Program-made: the position numbers and the translations under genes
The notes under the pieces: model-generated
The model's database searches: none
Told to the model about the DNA's origin: nothing
What the model saw: the letters and a program-made list of their open reading frames with translations, nothing else
Origin: Phoronis australis
Lineage: Eukaryota > Animalia > Phoronida
Length of the DNA stretch: 64,000 bases
Direction: 5' to 3'
Assembly: GCA_002633005.1 (NCBI GenBank)
Contig: NMRA01000072.1
Coordinates: forward strand, 206,952-270,951
In this document: one piece after another, positions 23,649 to 35,936 of the stretch
How the letters are laid out: each line of letters opens with the position of its first letter
How positions within the stretch are numbered: position 1 is the stretch's first letter

Positions 23649-25215
23649 TCAACTAGTTATATTTATTTGTATGGCTGAGGCTTCAGGAGTCTTCAAAATG
23701 CAACAGTCGGAACCCCAGGTACCAGACTGACGTAGTCGACGAATTCGCACGCCTTCTCGCACGCTGTCTGCTTGACTGAAATGAGATTAGTAGCGTGAAT
23801 CCTAGGTATGAAGCAAGGTCTTTTTGAAACTTGATTAATTGGAGTGAAATAGAAAATTGCTATTGTAAGGACTCTTAGAAATGTCCATTTGGTTTGAATC
23901 ATAGACCACTGCTGGAATTTGTCAATATTGAAATCGTTTACGATGGAACGTGACTTCACTTCAGAATTCGGATCTTGGTTCCTTCAAATCGTTTCATTGC
24001 CTAAGTTTCCCATCGATGGCTTACCGTTGTCCAAATACTCGGTGTGTTGAAATGGACGAGTCGCGGTGCTCCACGTGGAGAATAAAGACGGGACCTAGAG
24101 GTTCAAAGTTCTCGTTGTCGACTGTGTCCTCCTGTAAGAATGTTGTGGAGATATTTTAAACTGTACTGCACTTCAGGGGGCTCCTGGTTGTGGTACGTAC
24201 CGGCCCTCTAATCATCCGCATGCCCCACTAAACTGCAAGCCTGGACTACTGAATCATTAATACAAACGTCAACTTGCACACTAGTAAAATGTATTGAGCA
24301 TGTGAACCCATAACTCATACATAGACCTATTCGTGAACCTCTAAGGTGCTTTTCGCCCTGTTCGGCTAGTGGCTAAAAACAAAAATTGAACTGGAACTTA
24401 AAATCTAACAAAATCGGTATCATGATATTCCTTACGGTAATAGGGCGTTGTTTCCATTACTATCGAAACCAGCGACTCTAGAAAATGCTTTCAGAGTTTA
24501 TTAGGGTTGGCCAACCATAAAATAACAAATTCGAAAGTGATAGGTATTGTCTGTGTCATAACTTGCCGGCATATTCGGCAATTATTCAGGATGTTATGAG
24601 CCTGGTGATATTTAAACCTCAAAGCGCCCCAGTTAAGAATTCAACATTGACAGCCAGTCGGGGCGAAATGCATTTTTAATGAGTATCTAAGGACGTGATT
24701 CGTTTGGATGATTCGATGGTCGTGCAGATGATAATTAAACCACGAATTTTAACTATTTGGTTTTCAACATACTTATGAATTCGGTGTCGTACTGTAATCT
24801 GTTTTGTCGAATGGTTGCATCAAGATTTGAAACTTTGATGGTTATTTTCAGGTATCTTTTTTCTGTTTAGTGTTATTTAAGCCTATTATCGTGAATGCAT
24901 TAGACAAATTCTGTGCAAACATTCTGCGCAGAAAGACGGAATGCAGGAGACGGCATGCACCAACCATCTGAGCGCTTCATTGTTTTTTTTTTTTTTTTAT
25001 TGTTATTATTCGTTGCTTAGTCTGACCACGCCTTTAACTCCTTGTAAGCTTACGTGGAAGGTCACCCGCTTTTCACTTTTCTTTGGACTCGTTCCACCCG
25101 CTTTTTCCCTCCTAGTATGGAAGTAAGCATAAATACATCCCGCTGTAAATAATGCCGCGCTGGCGCAATAAACGAGAGCACGATTGTGCCAGGGGTTGCT
25201 GCCCGAATTAATCAT
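23649..25215 (-). CDS. 131-aa signal-anchored protein with PP1-docking RVxF and Inhibitor-3 (PPP1R11/Ypi1)-like motifs, 3 coding exons
   Basis: Exons 25215-25054 (162 nt, CAC|gtaagc), 24131-24025 (ttcttacag|, 107 nt, CG|gtaagc) and 23775-23649 (ctactaat branch point, tctcatttcag|, 127 nt) join in frame: MINSGSNPWHNRALVYCASAALFTAGCIYAYFHTRREKAGGTSPKKSEKRVTFHEDTVDNENFEPLGPVFILHVEHRDSSISTHRVFGQRQADSVREGVRIRRLRQSGTWGSDCCILKTPEASAIQINITS*. Confidence 0.78.
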
Positions 25216-26809
25216 TGGTTTTAGGTCTTCAAAATTATGGCCATGTGGTTGATGGAACGGCCACCATAAGTCGCCTTCATTCCATCAGTGATATGTGTCT
25301 TAGGGAGTCATTTTCGAGCTATCCTGGCATGTATTTTTTAACGCTTTGATTTTTGGTTTCTAGGTTTTGTCAAATTGTACGTGTTTGTGACCAAATTACT
25401 TGTGACGAAAACACAAAGTGCCCGTGAATTTCTGAATACTTGTACGTGCCCCGTGGAAGAACTCGATCGATTAAATCTTCTCGTGGCTGTTCAGAATCCT
25501 GCTTTTAATGTCGCCATGCTTTCAGTTGTAAGCTTAATAGCATGGTGCGAAAGGCTTGGTTAATGAAGGAGCGTGGAAAGTGTTGTAGAAGATTACTTTC
25601 TTACCGGAAAAGCTCTTGACTCCAGACGAACAACATTTTTGCGTCAAAATCGTAAGAATAAGTTTCCCGTAGATGGTTACAGAATACCCGTGGGACGGCG
25701 TCCTCGTGCTACCGGAGAGTCCACCGGGCTTTGCGTCTTCTTACTGAGATAAATAATGAATACGTCCACACTTCCAAATGCATACTCGTGTGATTGTCCT
25801 GAATTCTTGTTTTTGAATATCAACACACAAGCCGGACATTAAACGTTTGGGGGGGCAGCGGGTCCTAGTTTGGCACCGAGACGACGCAACATGCCCCTTG
25901 ACCAAAACATGAAAAATCATCGTCGGCACGCCGTTTCCTGGATCCGCCAATTTACAACACATAAAAATGTGTAGAGGATCGTGTTACAAACACGCAAGTC
26001 CCATTACTTTATGTTGCTCGTTGTCTTGCTGGCCCTTAATTTACCAAGTGGCCCTCGTGATGCTATTTAAATCGCTTCATGCACATTGTTCTTAGTTCTA
26101 AAAATGTTCTAGTTGGTGCCAAAATGTTACAAACTCAACCATGTCACGAACACCTGTGATTTAAATGTTAGACATTGTGAGAGTTATAGATGAAGACTAG
26201 GAAAATATTATTTCCATCTTGCGCCCAATCGCCACATATAGGTATAACAAGGTTTCCCAAAACTGTTCACAAAAACATTCTAAACTATGAGAAGCAGGAT
26301 ATGGTTTTACTGGGAATTTATGGTTTGTTTGTTTGTTCTTTCATTTCAGGAATGCCAAAATTTGTTTTTATAATACGTAGTAGACAGGAAAACAGCCACA
26401 GTTGACTCTCATTGCAGGAAACATGTGTTTGACTTCTGGTTCCAAGGGCATCCAGTTTTTTTAGCTTTTCGCAGATATCGACGATTCTTTGACCGATTGG
26501 CCAAGGTAGAGAACCATTGAAATTCCTCGGGATGGAAAGCACTGAGAAGTGTTCGTTCGTTATGTGGAGCATGCGTGGAATATAAGCGAGTCAGTTGTGG
26601 AGAGTTTGAAGAATCCTCGTTTCTCTGCGATGAGAGTCAACTGTCACGTGGCATTTTTCTGTGCCTTGCAAAAGGAACTTCAATTCCTTGAATATGTAAA
26701 ACACACCACTAATTGCCAATAAAACCATTTTTGATGTTAGTATTTCTGAGTATTTTGCTAACGTTGGGATATCCAATAATGCGATCGTGCAAGGTTGCAT
26801 TTTTTTTCA

Positions 26810-29800
26810 TCACAACACATTTGCTGACGTCATATTTTTCTCACGCAAGGAAGCCAAATACGCTTCGTGAGCGTCCTTAGTCCTGTACTGATTACCCAGA
26901 ATGCCAAGTTTGCTTAACGTTTCCTTTGCTTGGTCCGTGGGAGTCAACGAAGGACGTGCTTTAATTTTCTTGCAATTTTTGGGGCTTCCAAGTGGACGTG
27001 TTTCAAGCGATACTTTGTTGTTTGGTTTTGGTTTTGGCGGCGGCGGAGATCGCAGTTCGAAAATCTGCCTCATTGTCTCAAGGCGTTCCAAATACTGCTG
27101 ACATAATAACGGATCTGAAAGAGTCTGGGACACGAACTGGGCCGTTGGGTCCAAAACAACAGCTTTTTCATTGGACCACACGCTCCTAGACTTTTCGTAA
27201 TTATTTCGGCCTGCAACTTCACCAGAAGATAATACATAACACGACGCGTGTTGATGCCCAGTCAAAGGCGTTGCATCGCAAGTTAGGGGTTTTCTCTTCC
27301 CTTCGATGCATGTTGTGCCGTGGAGTCGGTTACCTTTGATGTACCCGATTTTGTCTCTGCTACTGAGTGATAACGATACGCCACCATTGATTCTCAGTGA
27401 TGGCAGGTCCTTGTGCGACCGCAGTTCTGTTGGCGTTGGTTTTGCGTTGTGTCTCGTCTGAGCAAGATGAAAAGAATATTTTCTTCCATCAAGGATTTGC
27501 TCGACCGCATCCTTTGTCTCGGCCTCTGTTTTTTCTTTGTTTCCGTCTGAGGGATTTTTGTCCGACTGAGCATTCTTTCGCAGTCTGAAAAAGACAAATT
27601 GTGATGTTCACTTAACTGAATCTGGTACAGCTATACGGTGCAAATCTTTGGGCATAAATGATTCACTTTGGCGGGTCAACTGCAGGCCAAAACGTGATTG
27701 TTTTTTTATGACATTTGGCTTTCACACCAATCAAATTACAGCTTTGGGTCCCACAAAAATTAGGGTGGTGGTCGCAGGGTCCCTCATGGCAAAACTAGTT
27801 TGCGGCAAAAATTGTGACATAGGGGGAGTGGAAATATCGGGCTATCAGGGTAGCTCGAAGGTAGTGGCAACCAGGGGCAGCTTAAATTGTCAATTAAGGC
27901 CCCTTGTAGCGTAGAATCCCGAGAAATCTTATTCTATCACTTTTCCATGTACATGGACAAGGGACAAAGTTTTTCCTCTTTTTCATCCATGTCTCGGGGC
28001 TTCTCCCAAACGATTACATCCGTAGAAGCATGTTCACGGTTGCATGTGCTGGATACTTGGTATGTTTGCATTCTTAACCTTATGAATTGTATTGTTGGGA
28101 TAATAAATAATGTTGATTACAACATCAGCGTCGACGTATAGGTTAATAACAAGAGGAAATGACACGCATTCACTCGGTTTTGCGTACTGAAAGATTTTTA
28201 AAGCTTGGATAGGAAGGATAATGTCTTGTCACGTCACGAATGGACGCGGGAGTTTCGATGACAATTTTAGTGTTTGCTAAATGGAAATCCTCACCTAAAA
28301 CTTGTGCCGAAGAACCGACTACCCTAATATCAGAGTTTGAATGCAGGCACCGTGTAGTTGCTTGCTTGAAGGAGTCTCGCAACCATAGACATCCCATTAT
28401 TAAGATGACTATGCTCGCAACCTTAAAGGATGGCACCTGGTTAGTTCCAACGAATTTGTAGCACATTTGTCGAGATTGATACGCAAAACCGAGAGGAAAG
28501 GGACACGCAAGTTTCAAGGGTAATGGTGTTAGACATGTGCAGTGGAAGGCGTTTTCAAGGAGCACGTGCAGTTAGCCAAAGTCAAAGGTTGCTAAAATTG
28601 GCGCCGAGTTCTGGTGACGTCAGGTTACTGGTGCATTCGTTGACTAGACCGTTAAACTACAGCGGTGCAATTCAGTCGCTCTTCACTCGTGACATTACCC
28701 AGACGTTTCTGAGACGTTGCCTTGATTGGCTGCTTTGGTGTGCTCTTCATTCAAAGCAAGTTTCAAGGCCAACTGAGAACTCTTTCCTGGCCGGAAGTGA
28801 ACGGGGGTTGCTTTAATTTCAGGTAGTTTCAAGGGCGCGGGTTCTTTTGGCGCTGCATTAGGAACAACTGCGTCTTCCGTCTCTAAGTCTTCGATTTCTA
28901 TGTCAGATATTTTTGGTAAATGGAATCCTTGCTTCTCCACCTCGCTGGCACTTTTTGTCCTCCTCCAGTCTTTTATTTTTTCGCTGGTGCTGGCAATGAG
29001 ACCTTTAACTTCAACCTTTGGAAGTTTGATGAATTGTTTGTTTCTCCAGTTACTGACATTTTCCCTGAATACCCTACAACATGCAACGTCTATGGTGTAC
29101 AACTGGGGCAAAATAGGACAAGGATAACGACAAACGGGTCAACTTGAAGATACGTTTCTAATATTGTTGTAGCCCAAAGTAAAGAATATGTGACAGACTG
29201 GACGCCTTTGTGGGCTGCACATCGAGGTTTGTAACGGAATATTGCACATCATGGTCAAACACAAGGAGAGTGGGATGGTGGTTGGGTATCGAGGTAAAAG
29301 CGTCTGCTAGTGTCGGCCTATCAGAGAGACGTTTACATTTTGACGTACGAGGTTTGGGCGTGTCTCATTTACCAGTCTCTTTTGCGCGTGATGAATTATG
29401 GGAAGTACATTGCGAGTTGCAGGCATATTTCCGATAATTTGCCAACCTTGGCATACTTGTGTGGAACCGTGAAAAGGTGGTTGAGTGAAATGGGGCACCA
29501 CTATAGTGGACGATTTTGTAATGTGTACGTCTGTTAGATTCACAAAAAGACGGTTGCGTTGACAATTTTGATGTCCTGCTCATCCAAATATTTGATAGGC
29601 CTCTCCCCCTCCCCGCTTTTCTGGACTTGCCGAGTAATCACGCCTTACGAAATAAGAGCAACATAAGTTTCCGTTTAGCTGAAGGAAACATTCGATCTAC
29701 ATCCGTCATTCTTACCTTTGGGCCCGGGCTGTTTCCTTGGCGATTTCACACAGTAAGCTGATTCTTTCGATTATTCCCCTGTAAAAGAAAATCTCTTATT

Positions 29801-31135
29801 CCAAACGAATTGCTGTTTGATATATGCACAATGAACCAGTGTTTCTGTAAATGGGATGGTGACATCTATTAACGTTTACGTACCCCTCAAAAACCAAGAA
29901 TTTAAAACAATGAATGCATAAATGGCAAACTTTAAAAGATGTATAGTACTTCAGCGTGATTTTGGTTTTGATATGACTAGTACCTAAAGGCCTCTCCTTT
30001 CTTCGATTCCTCTCGAAAAGTAGAGATGACCTTGAAATATCGACTGAAACTAAAGTATGCAATCGTAAACAGCTTCGATGAAAGAGCCTCCATTGGCGGC
30101 ATAACTTTTTTAATTTAAGCTGCGATGTCAAACCATTGTCACCGTAAGAGCATTAGGCCTATTTCTGGGACCTGTTTCTCGAAGAGACTATCGTCTTTTG
30201 ACTTTAGCCAAAGGTCAGAAATCTGATTACCAGTAACCAAAAGTTGATTTCTGAGCTTTTCGTTTCTCGAACCGTTTTGTCCTCTGTCTAGTCGAGCAGA
30301 CTACGGGTTTCTGTCTTCTGACTTTGAGTTGTAGAAAGGTTTATTTTCTAACGTTCAGCCTTAGCCTGACTTTCGTAAAACAGGTGAAGCTATTCGTAAA
30401 CTGGTTTTTTAGCTTAAAGTCAAAAGCCAACATACTTTTCGGTAAACAGACAGCTAGTGGTCAAATGGTCGTGGAGTGTACGTTCAATTAGCAAAGTTCT
30501 TGCAATTTTTTACCTTCCAAGTTAAAAAGTACCACGTTTATTGTGTATGAATGTAACGAATGTTGCGACATTTGGGACAACATTCGGGTTGGTTAGTAGG
30601 ATATTTTAGATAAAGAGATGCGTCCAACTTACTCTCCCATGTTCTTTAGTCTTCCCATGTAAGGATCCGGGACATGGTGACCTAAAATTGGTATCTTACC
30701 ATCCCGTAAAGCGCGTGTCGACGATGCCTCGTTTCTATAGTCAATTATGTATTTTCTGAGGTCAGCGTGATGGGCAAACACGAAACAGGAAACATCGTCC
30801 TCTGTTTGACTCCTGGCGTTCCCTGAAGATCGATAACGATTGTTTTGCAAAAATTTCGGTTTTCGCTTTCCGTTTTTTGTAGATGCGCTGATTCCTGTCT
30901 GTTTGACACTCGTCACCAAAGTATCGTCGTCTGTCCAAGCAGACAGGGGAGTGTCTGAGTCGTGTTTAAGTACTCTACACTCGCAGGTAGACCTATTCCA
31001 TGCTGAAGTCTGCAAACTGTGCTTTCTATCTGAGTTTCCATCAGTCTTTGTCTTACCAGATCTCTGGCTTCCACACGATGACGCATTTCCGGAGGTTTCG
31101 GTTCCATCTTTTGAAGTATCCGACTGCGTTGTCAT
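26810..31135 (-). CDS. Uncharacterised 571-aa protein, 4 coding exons
   Basis: Exons 31135-30633, 29778-29716, 29073-28699 and 27584-26810 total 1716 nt, all junctions phase 2 and GT-AG, with no internal stop. The splicing links three separate long ORFs of the track. In-frame TAA just upstream of the ATG. No family recognised. Confidence 0.8.
30168..30452. mobile_element. MITE related to the GG(G/A)CC(T/C)GTTTC-TIR family
   Basis: ggacctgtttctcgaagag ... cttttcggtaaacagacagc, with internal tgacttt/aaagtca repeats. Confidence 0.45.
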
Positions 31136-31314
31136 TGTTATTTCTTACCCGATCAAGAGACCTCCTAAAATTGAAATTAAAGCGATTATAAGCCCGCCTT
31201 CCGTCATAAAAACTAAATTTTGATTTGAACCACTTAATGATATGAAATTAGTCTGAAATTGTACTTGATTTCTGATTTTGAAAAGAACGGACAGTTCGTC
31301 ATTGTTTGATATGA

Positions 31315-31574
31315 GGGGTCTGGTTCTTGAAACGTGACATTAAAAGGCTTAAGTTAGAAATTTAGTCATACGCTCCACACTGTTTCTGAAAATAATTAAT
31401 CTCACTTGAGCAAAAATGACAAGTCTCGGGGATGTGATCAAAATTGCCAGTTGCTGAGATGATTTCTGTAAGTCATATCTGGATTGCGGTGCGCAAATAA
31501 TTACTTGACTAAACCTTTTTTCAGCAATTGTGAAGCGGGAGTATAAAACCTTTACTGCCCTTGAAACAGGCCCC
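31315..31574. mobile_element. MITE related to the GGGGCCTGTTTC-TIR family
   Basis: ggggtctggttcttgaa ... cttgaaacaggcccc. Confidence 0.45.
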
Positions 31575-32550
31575 TGGCTTTACAAGTTGGCTTGTCACGG
31601 CATGTCAATTAATGCGCGCCGAGCACTGATTTTAAGAAATAACGAACTTGCAGTTCTTTGGAAACCCAGAAACTCTCTGTCATCTGAAATAAAGACAAGT
31701 TATCGGATCATTTTTAGCGGTAAGAGTTCTAAATCTAAAGTAAATTGCTTTGACGGAACGCGGGTTTATAGCTGTTTTAAGTAAAGTGAGAATTATTAAT
31801 AGGCCTACTTAACTACGTATACCAGTGGCTGAACCAGAAATAATTGCTTAGTCGTAACGTTTCTCTTACTCACCTCTCAACTCGCCCACCCCCGTGTTAA
31901 TGTTGTAGGGTTTATCTGTGAACTGTATAGTGATATCGCTATGAGCTTTCTCAGGGTGAGTGAAAATTAACTTATTACTTGTGCTAAATGTAATCTCATC
32001 ACGTCACGTTGAAGATAGGGAAAATTCGACCTTTCCGTAGTTATCGGATTTTCGGTTGAACTCCGTGGAATTGCTACTGCATGGATATTTTGAAGCAGAA
32101 CTAAATTTGCCAGTTTTAATTGTTTGACCAATGTGGAGCTTCTCATTCATCGGCGGCCAGACAGTTTTCAACAGTGGCTGCACAATGGGTACACTTGCTT
32201 GACGTCGCCGGCTCGGAAGGGTCAACTGGCTAAGATATCTGATTGGATGAAGTTCGTCAACGAGAACCAATCAAGTCTCTTACCCGGTTGATTCGGTGGC
32301 ACCGGCGAACCAAATCAAGTGTACCCAGTGTTGTAACGAACGCAAATGCCGCCAATGAACGGAATATCTTTAAACAGATGCTCGCGTGGAAATAAAGCCG
32401 CTGAAAGACGCACCTTGATTCTGTTCGGTGTTCATGCTAAGAATATGGTCATTAAAAATCCATGGCGATACATCAAGTCAATATTGATAGCAGGGCTTAA
32501 TATTGAGATCCTGAGTAAGGTAGTAATCAAAGGTAAAGAGCAGCCAAATC

Positions 32551-33213
32551 CGGGGGTAGTCCCGCAGAAGAGGTATAGGGGACGTGCCGGTCTGGAGGGT
32601 AATTTTTCCACGACCAGATTACTCCGGAAAGGGTACCTTTTCCGACATATTCTTTCGGAAATGGCGTCTTTTGCGACAAAATAAAATGCAAAAGGCAGGG
32701 CTTGGAATGACCAATGACGAAAAGAAGAAAAATTCCCAGGGGATGCATCGTTCCACAAATAAATAGGCTTGTGTGAAAGAAATATTTTTGTGTTGTAAAG
32801 TTTAACTGGAATGAACGTTTTTGCATGAATAAAATCAAAATAATGCTAAAAAGGGACGATAAAAGACGAAATTCTCTTAAAAGAGGAAAATTCCAAGCCA
32901 TGAAAAGGGTTTGTTTTGACAGTTCGAAACCGTCTAGTAGAACTACAGTATAATCTTAACTTTGTAGCAAATGATGTACTCATGTCGACAACATGGCATC
33001 TCTTCTTGTACTGTTTCATAGTGGGTACAACTGTCAACTTTATGTATGGGTTAAGTTCGTTGGATTGTTAACTTTCTGAAAAAGGGTGGAGTTTCTGGAA
33101 AGATGTCCAACAAACGGGTGATTTTTTTCGTGGAAGCTCCCCGGAAGTACTTTTCCTTTTTTCGTGTTCACTCAGTAAATAGTGGGTATCCAAAATTTCC
33201 AGCTGCACCCCCG
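32551..33213. mobile_element. Degenerate non-autonomous DNA element (GGGGGTA...ACCCCC ends) hosting a nested MITE
   Basis: gggggtagtccc...ggaaagggtacctttt at the left end and gctgcaccccc at the right. A similar left end occurs at ~33560. Confidence 0.4.
32696..32902. mobile_element. hAT-like MITE, TIR CAGGGCTTGGAAT, flanked by AAAAGG direct repeat
   Basis: TIRs cagggcttggaat / attccaagccatg; aaaagg at 32690-32695 and 32903-32908. Second family member at 54576-54810. Confidence 0.75.
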
Positions 33214-35773
33214 CCAAAAGTACTGTCGAGTATCCTCTGGATATCCATGAACAATTCACTGCAAAGTTGTGTCTCAAGTACAGATTATCTCGGTTATTGA
33301 CGGTTTATTGTGTGACAAGCTCGTGAACCATTGATCTATGGAACCGTTGCAAATCTCAGATAAAATCCAATATATGTGAATCGTCTGACGTGCATTTTAT
33401 TCAGTGATACGAAAACACAAAATGGGATTCGCCCACTATTTGAAATGTCGTTTCCGTTCATGTTTTGAAGGGATCGAATGAAAATAGATGCATGCACACG
33501 TACAGATGCAGAGATTATAGGGGCAAGGGCGAATAAAGAGATTGGCGCTGGCGACTGGAGGGGGTGGAATTCCCCGGATACTCTCATAGAAAAGGTATAT
33601 ATGGGGCGCACTGCTCAGTTGCGTGTTTTTTTTTTCACAAACCGGTTTTCCTATAGGTAATTTTCCAACAAAATTTCCCTACGAAAGGATATTTTTACGC
33701 CTATGCTACGGTTCACTACAGGAGTTCGAGATTAGATTAGGGATTAACATTTTCTTTATCTCATTACAAAATTCTAAAAAAGGGGTCTTTAATATTATCG
33801 ATATTTTAAAAACTCCGCTGCAGAAAATGCACCCTTTTTACAAACGATTATCTTCGTGTTCTGTTTCTGATTTAATAGGATAAAAAGACACCTATTCAAG
33901 AATCGCTACGAACGAATTTAGTTAATGAAATTAACCCCAACGAAAGGGTGGCGTTTCTGTATCAAAAGTCTACCAAAGATTGTCTTGTTCATAGAAGCTC
34001 CACCGTGTCCCGGCTTTTTTCTACTCTCTAATTGTCAGTTGGTGGGTATCTTAAATGTCTGGCTGCTCCCTCCGTCGAGTACCGCGGGGATGAACTTAGG
34101 TGACAACGCCTAGAACAATTCACTCGATCATGTCGTAGCTTCCCACGAGCAGGCTATGTGTGTTCAGTCGCGTAACTTAGATCGGATGCAGTTGATTGTT
34201 CTCTGTGTTAGAGCAAGAAAAGCAAGGAGACCATTTTGACGTCGGAAATTAGGAGTGTGACCCTTGCAGTGATCGTTTGCAATAAATTATAATTCAATCA
34301 ATCCCACGCTTGGCATTGAGACCCCTGCAGCTGTTTGCGTGCCAGGCTGACTTCACCTTTTTGATCGTGAAATTGCAAGCAGTAGACTGTAAATGCTGTT
34401 TGTATATTTTAGTTAATCCCTGTCGTAACTTCACTGATCTTAGGTCTTGTTAAATATTCAAGACTCTTGCCGATGGGCTTTTGCATCAAAGCCTTTCGTG
34501 ACAACCTTTCAAACAAAATAAAACTAGTTTGATCTATACGGTGAAACGTCTAAATACCTACATGCATATACAATTGGTCTTCGTGACGCGCGGGTCACCG
34601 AGGCAGAAAACAGAAATTAGACGTATGTTCTTTTTGTCAGATATTTAAAGTCAAGCCAGTACATACCCTTAATGCCACGCCAATCACTACAACAGTTTCT
34701 TCCAGTCATATAGTCCCCGTATGTTCTCTGTCTTGAGTTCACAAATCCTATCGGAGACTATTCACCGTTCCCCACCGACTAGTCATCATCGTGTCACTCT
34801 GTGTTCCAGAGAACTGTTCAGGGAATCTAGCCAGTCTAATTATCTAGCAGTAATCCCCAGAGATAGCGATACACACGACGTGGTTATTCGCTCACCATTT
34901 CCTCTGTGAACCCTTATCAAAATATAACTCGGTGAATATTTTATTTATACCCCCCGACAAACAAACCTCATTGTACGTAAATGTATGCCGTTGCTGGAAA
35001 AGGCTATTGTATCCCTATATGAATAATTGGCAATGTTAAAGCTAAGGCCATAAGTATTTGCTTTATACGCGAGTAGATGTTAATAAAGTCCCATTAGACT
35101 TGCTTAATTGTTAGAATAATCAAAGAATTAGAAGCCAGTGTACCAATTGCTTCAATGTATCATGAATCGTAAACAGCGCAGAAGATGTTTTGTTCCGACT
35201 TTGTTCTAAAAATTATGAATGATCGAAACACTGCCAACAAATTTTGAAAAGCTTTCGTGAAATCTTTTGACCTGTAACCTATTGGGTAGCATGTAGTCAG
35301 TATTCAAACAGATCAATTCCCGCTTGTAAGGTGTCGAAAATACAAAATATAACTTAAAAAGTGTAAAGTAAAACGGAGCGTACCGTAGTATCAACGGTAA
35401 CAGTTTCGCATCGACCATTAATTAATAGTGAAAATTGTGTGGTAATAATTAGCATTAACTATTTCATATTCCCACAGTTTATCTAAATTTGAATAAGGAA
35501 GTTCACCTTCCATTTTATGAGAAATTAATGAGAGACGCCAAATGTAAATATAAGGGCGCATACCAAAAATGAACCCTATAGAAGGCTCAAAAAGCATTTC
35601 ACTTTCTGGTCTACGCCTTACTCCTTTGTTAATCAGCGAAAAAGCGAGCGCCCATATCATTTTTTGCAAAAAAAAACATTTTCCGAAAGCCTCATTGCTA
35701 CATTTTCAAAATTAATTTCAATGCAATATGGCTCGTCAACTTAGCCGGGCTTCTTGCACTGACTCAAGCCATC

Positions 35774-35936
35774 NNNNNNNNNNNNNNNNNNNNNNNNNNN
35801 NNNNNNNNNNNNNNNNNNNNNNNNNNNNNNNNNNNNNNNNNNNNNNNNNNNNNNNNNNNNNNNNNNNNNNNNNNNNNNNNNNNNNNNNNNNNNNNNNNNN
35901 NNNNNNNNNNNNNNNNNNNNNNNNNNNNNNNNNNNN
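35774..35936. other. Assembly gap (N run)
   Basis: Run of ~163 N. Confidence 0.97.

Noticed and set aside
28170-28565. 131-aa minus-strand ORF within intron 3 of the orphan gene
   Set aside because: No recognisable motif, and the flanking exons already join in phase without it.
32527-32901. Paralogous ORFs at 32527-32901 and 54501-54846
   Set aside because: Chance frames in two copies of the same AT-rich MITE.
35206-35420. Possible decayed Penelope-type RT thumb (ILRYAP...QVKRFHESFSKF)
   Set aside because: Similarity is by eye only and too weak without an HMM search; no catalytic motifs seen.
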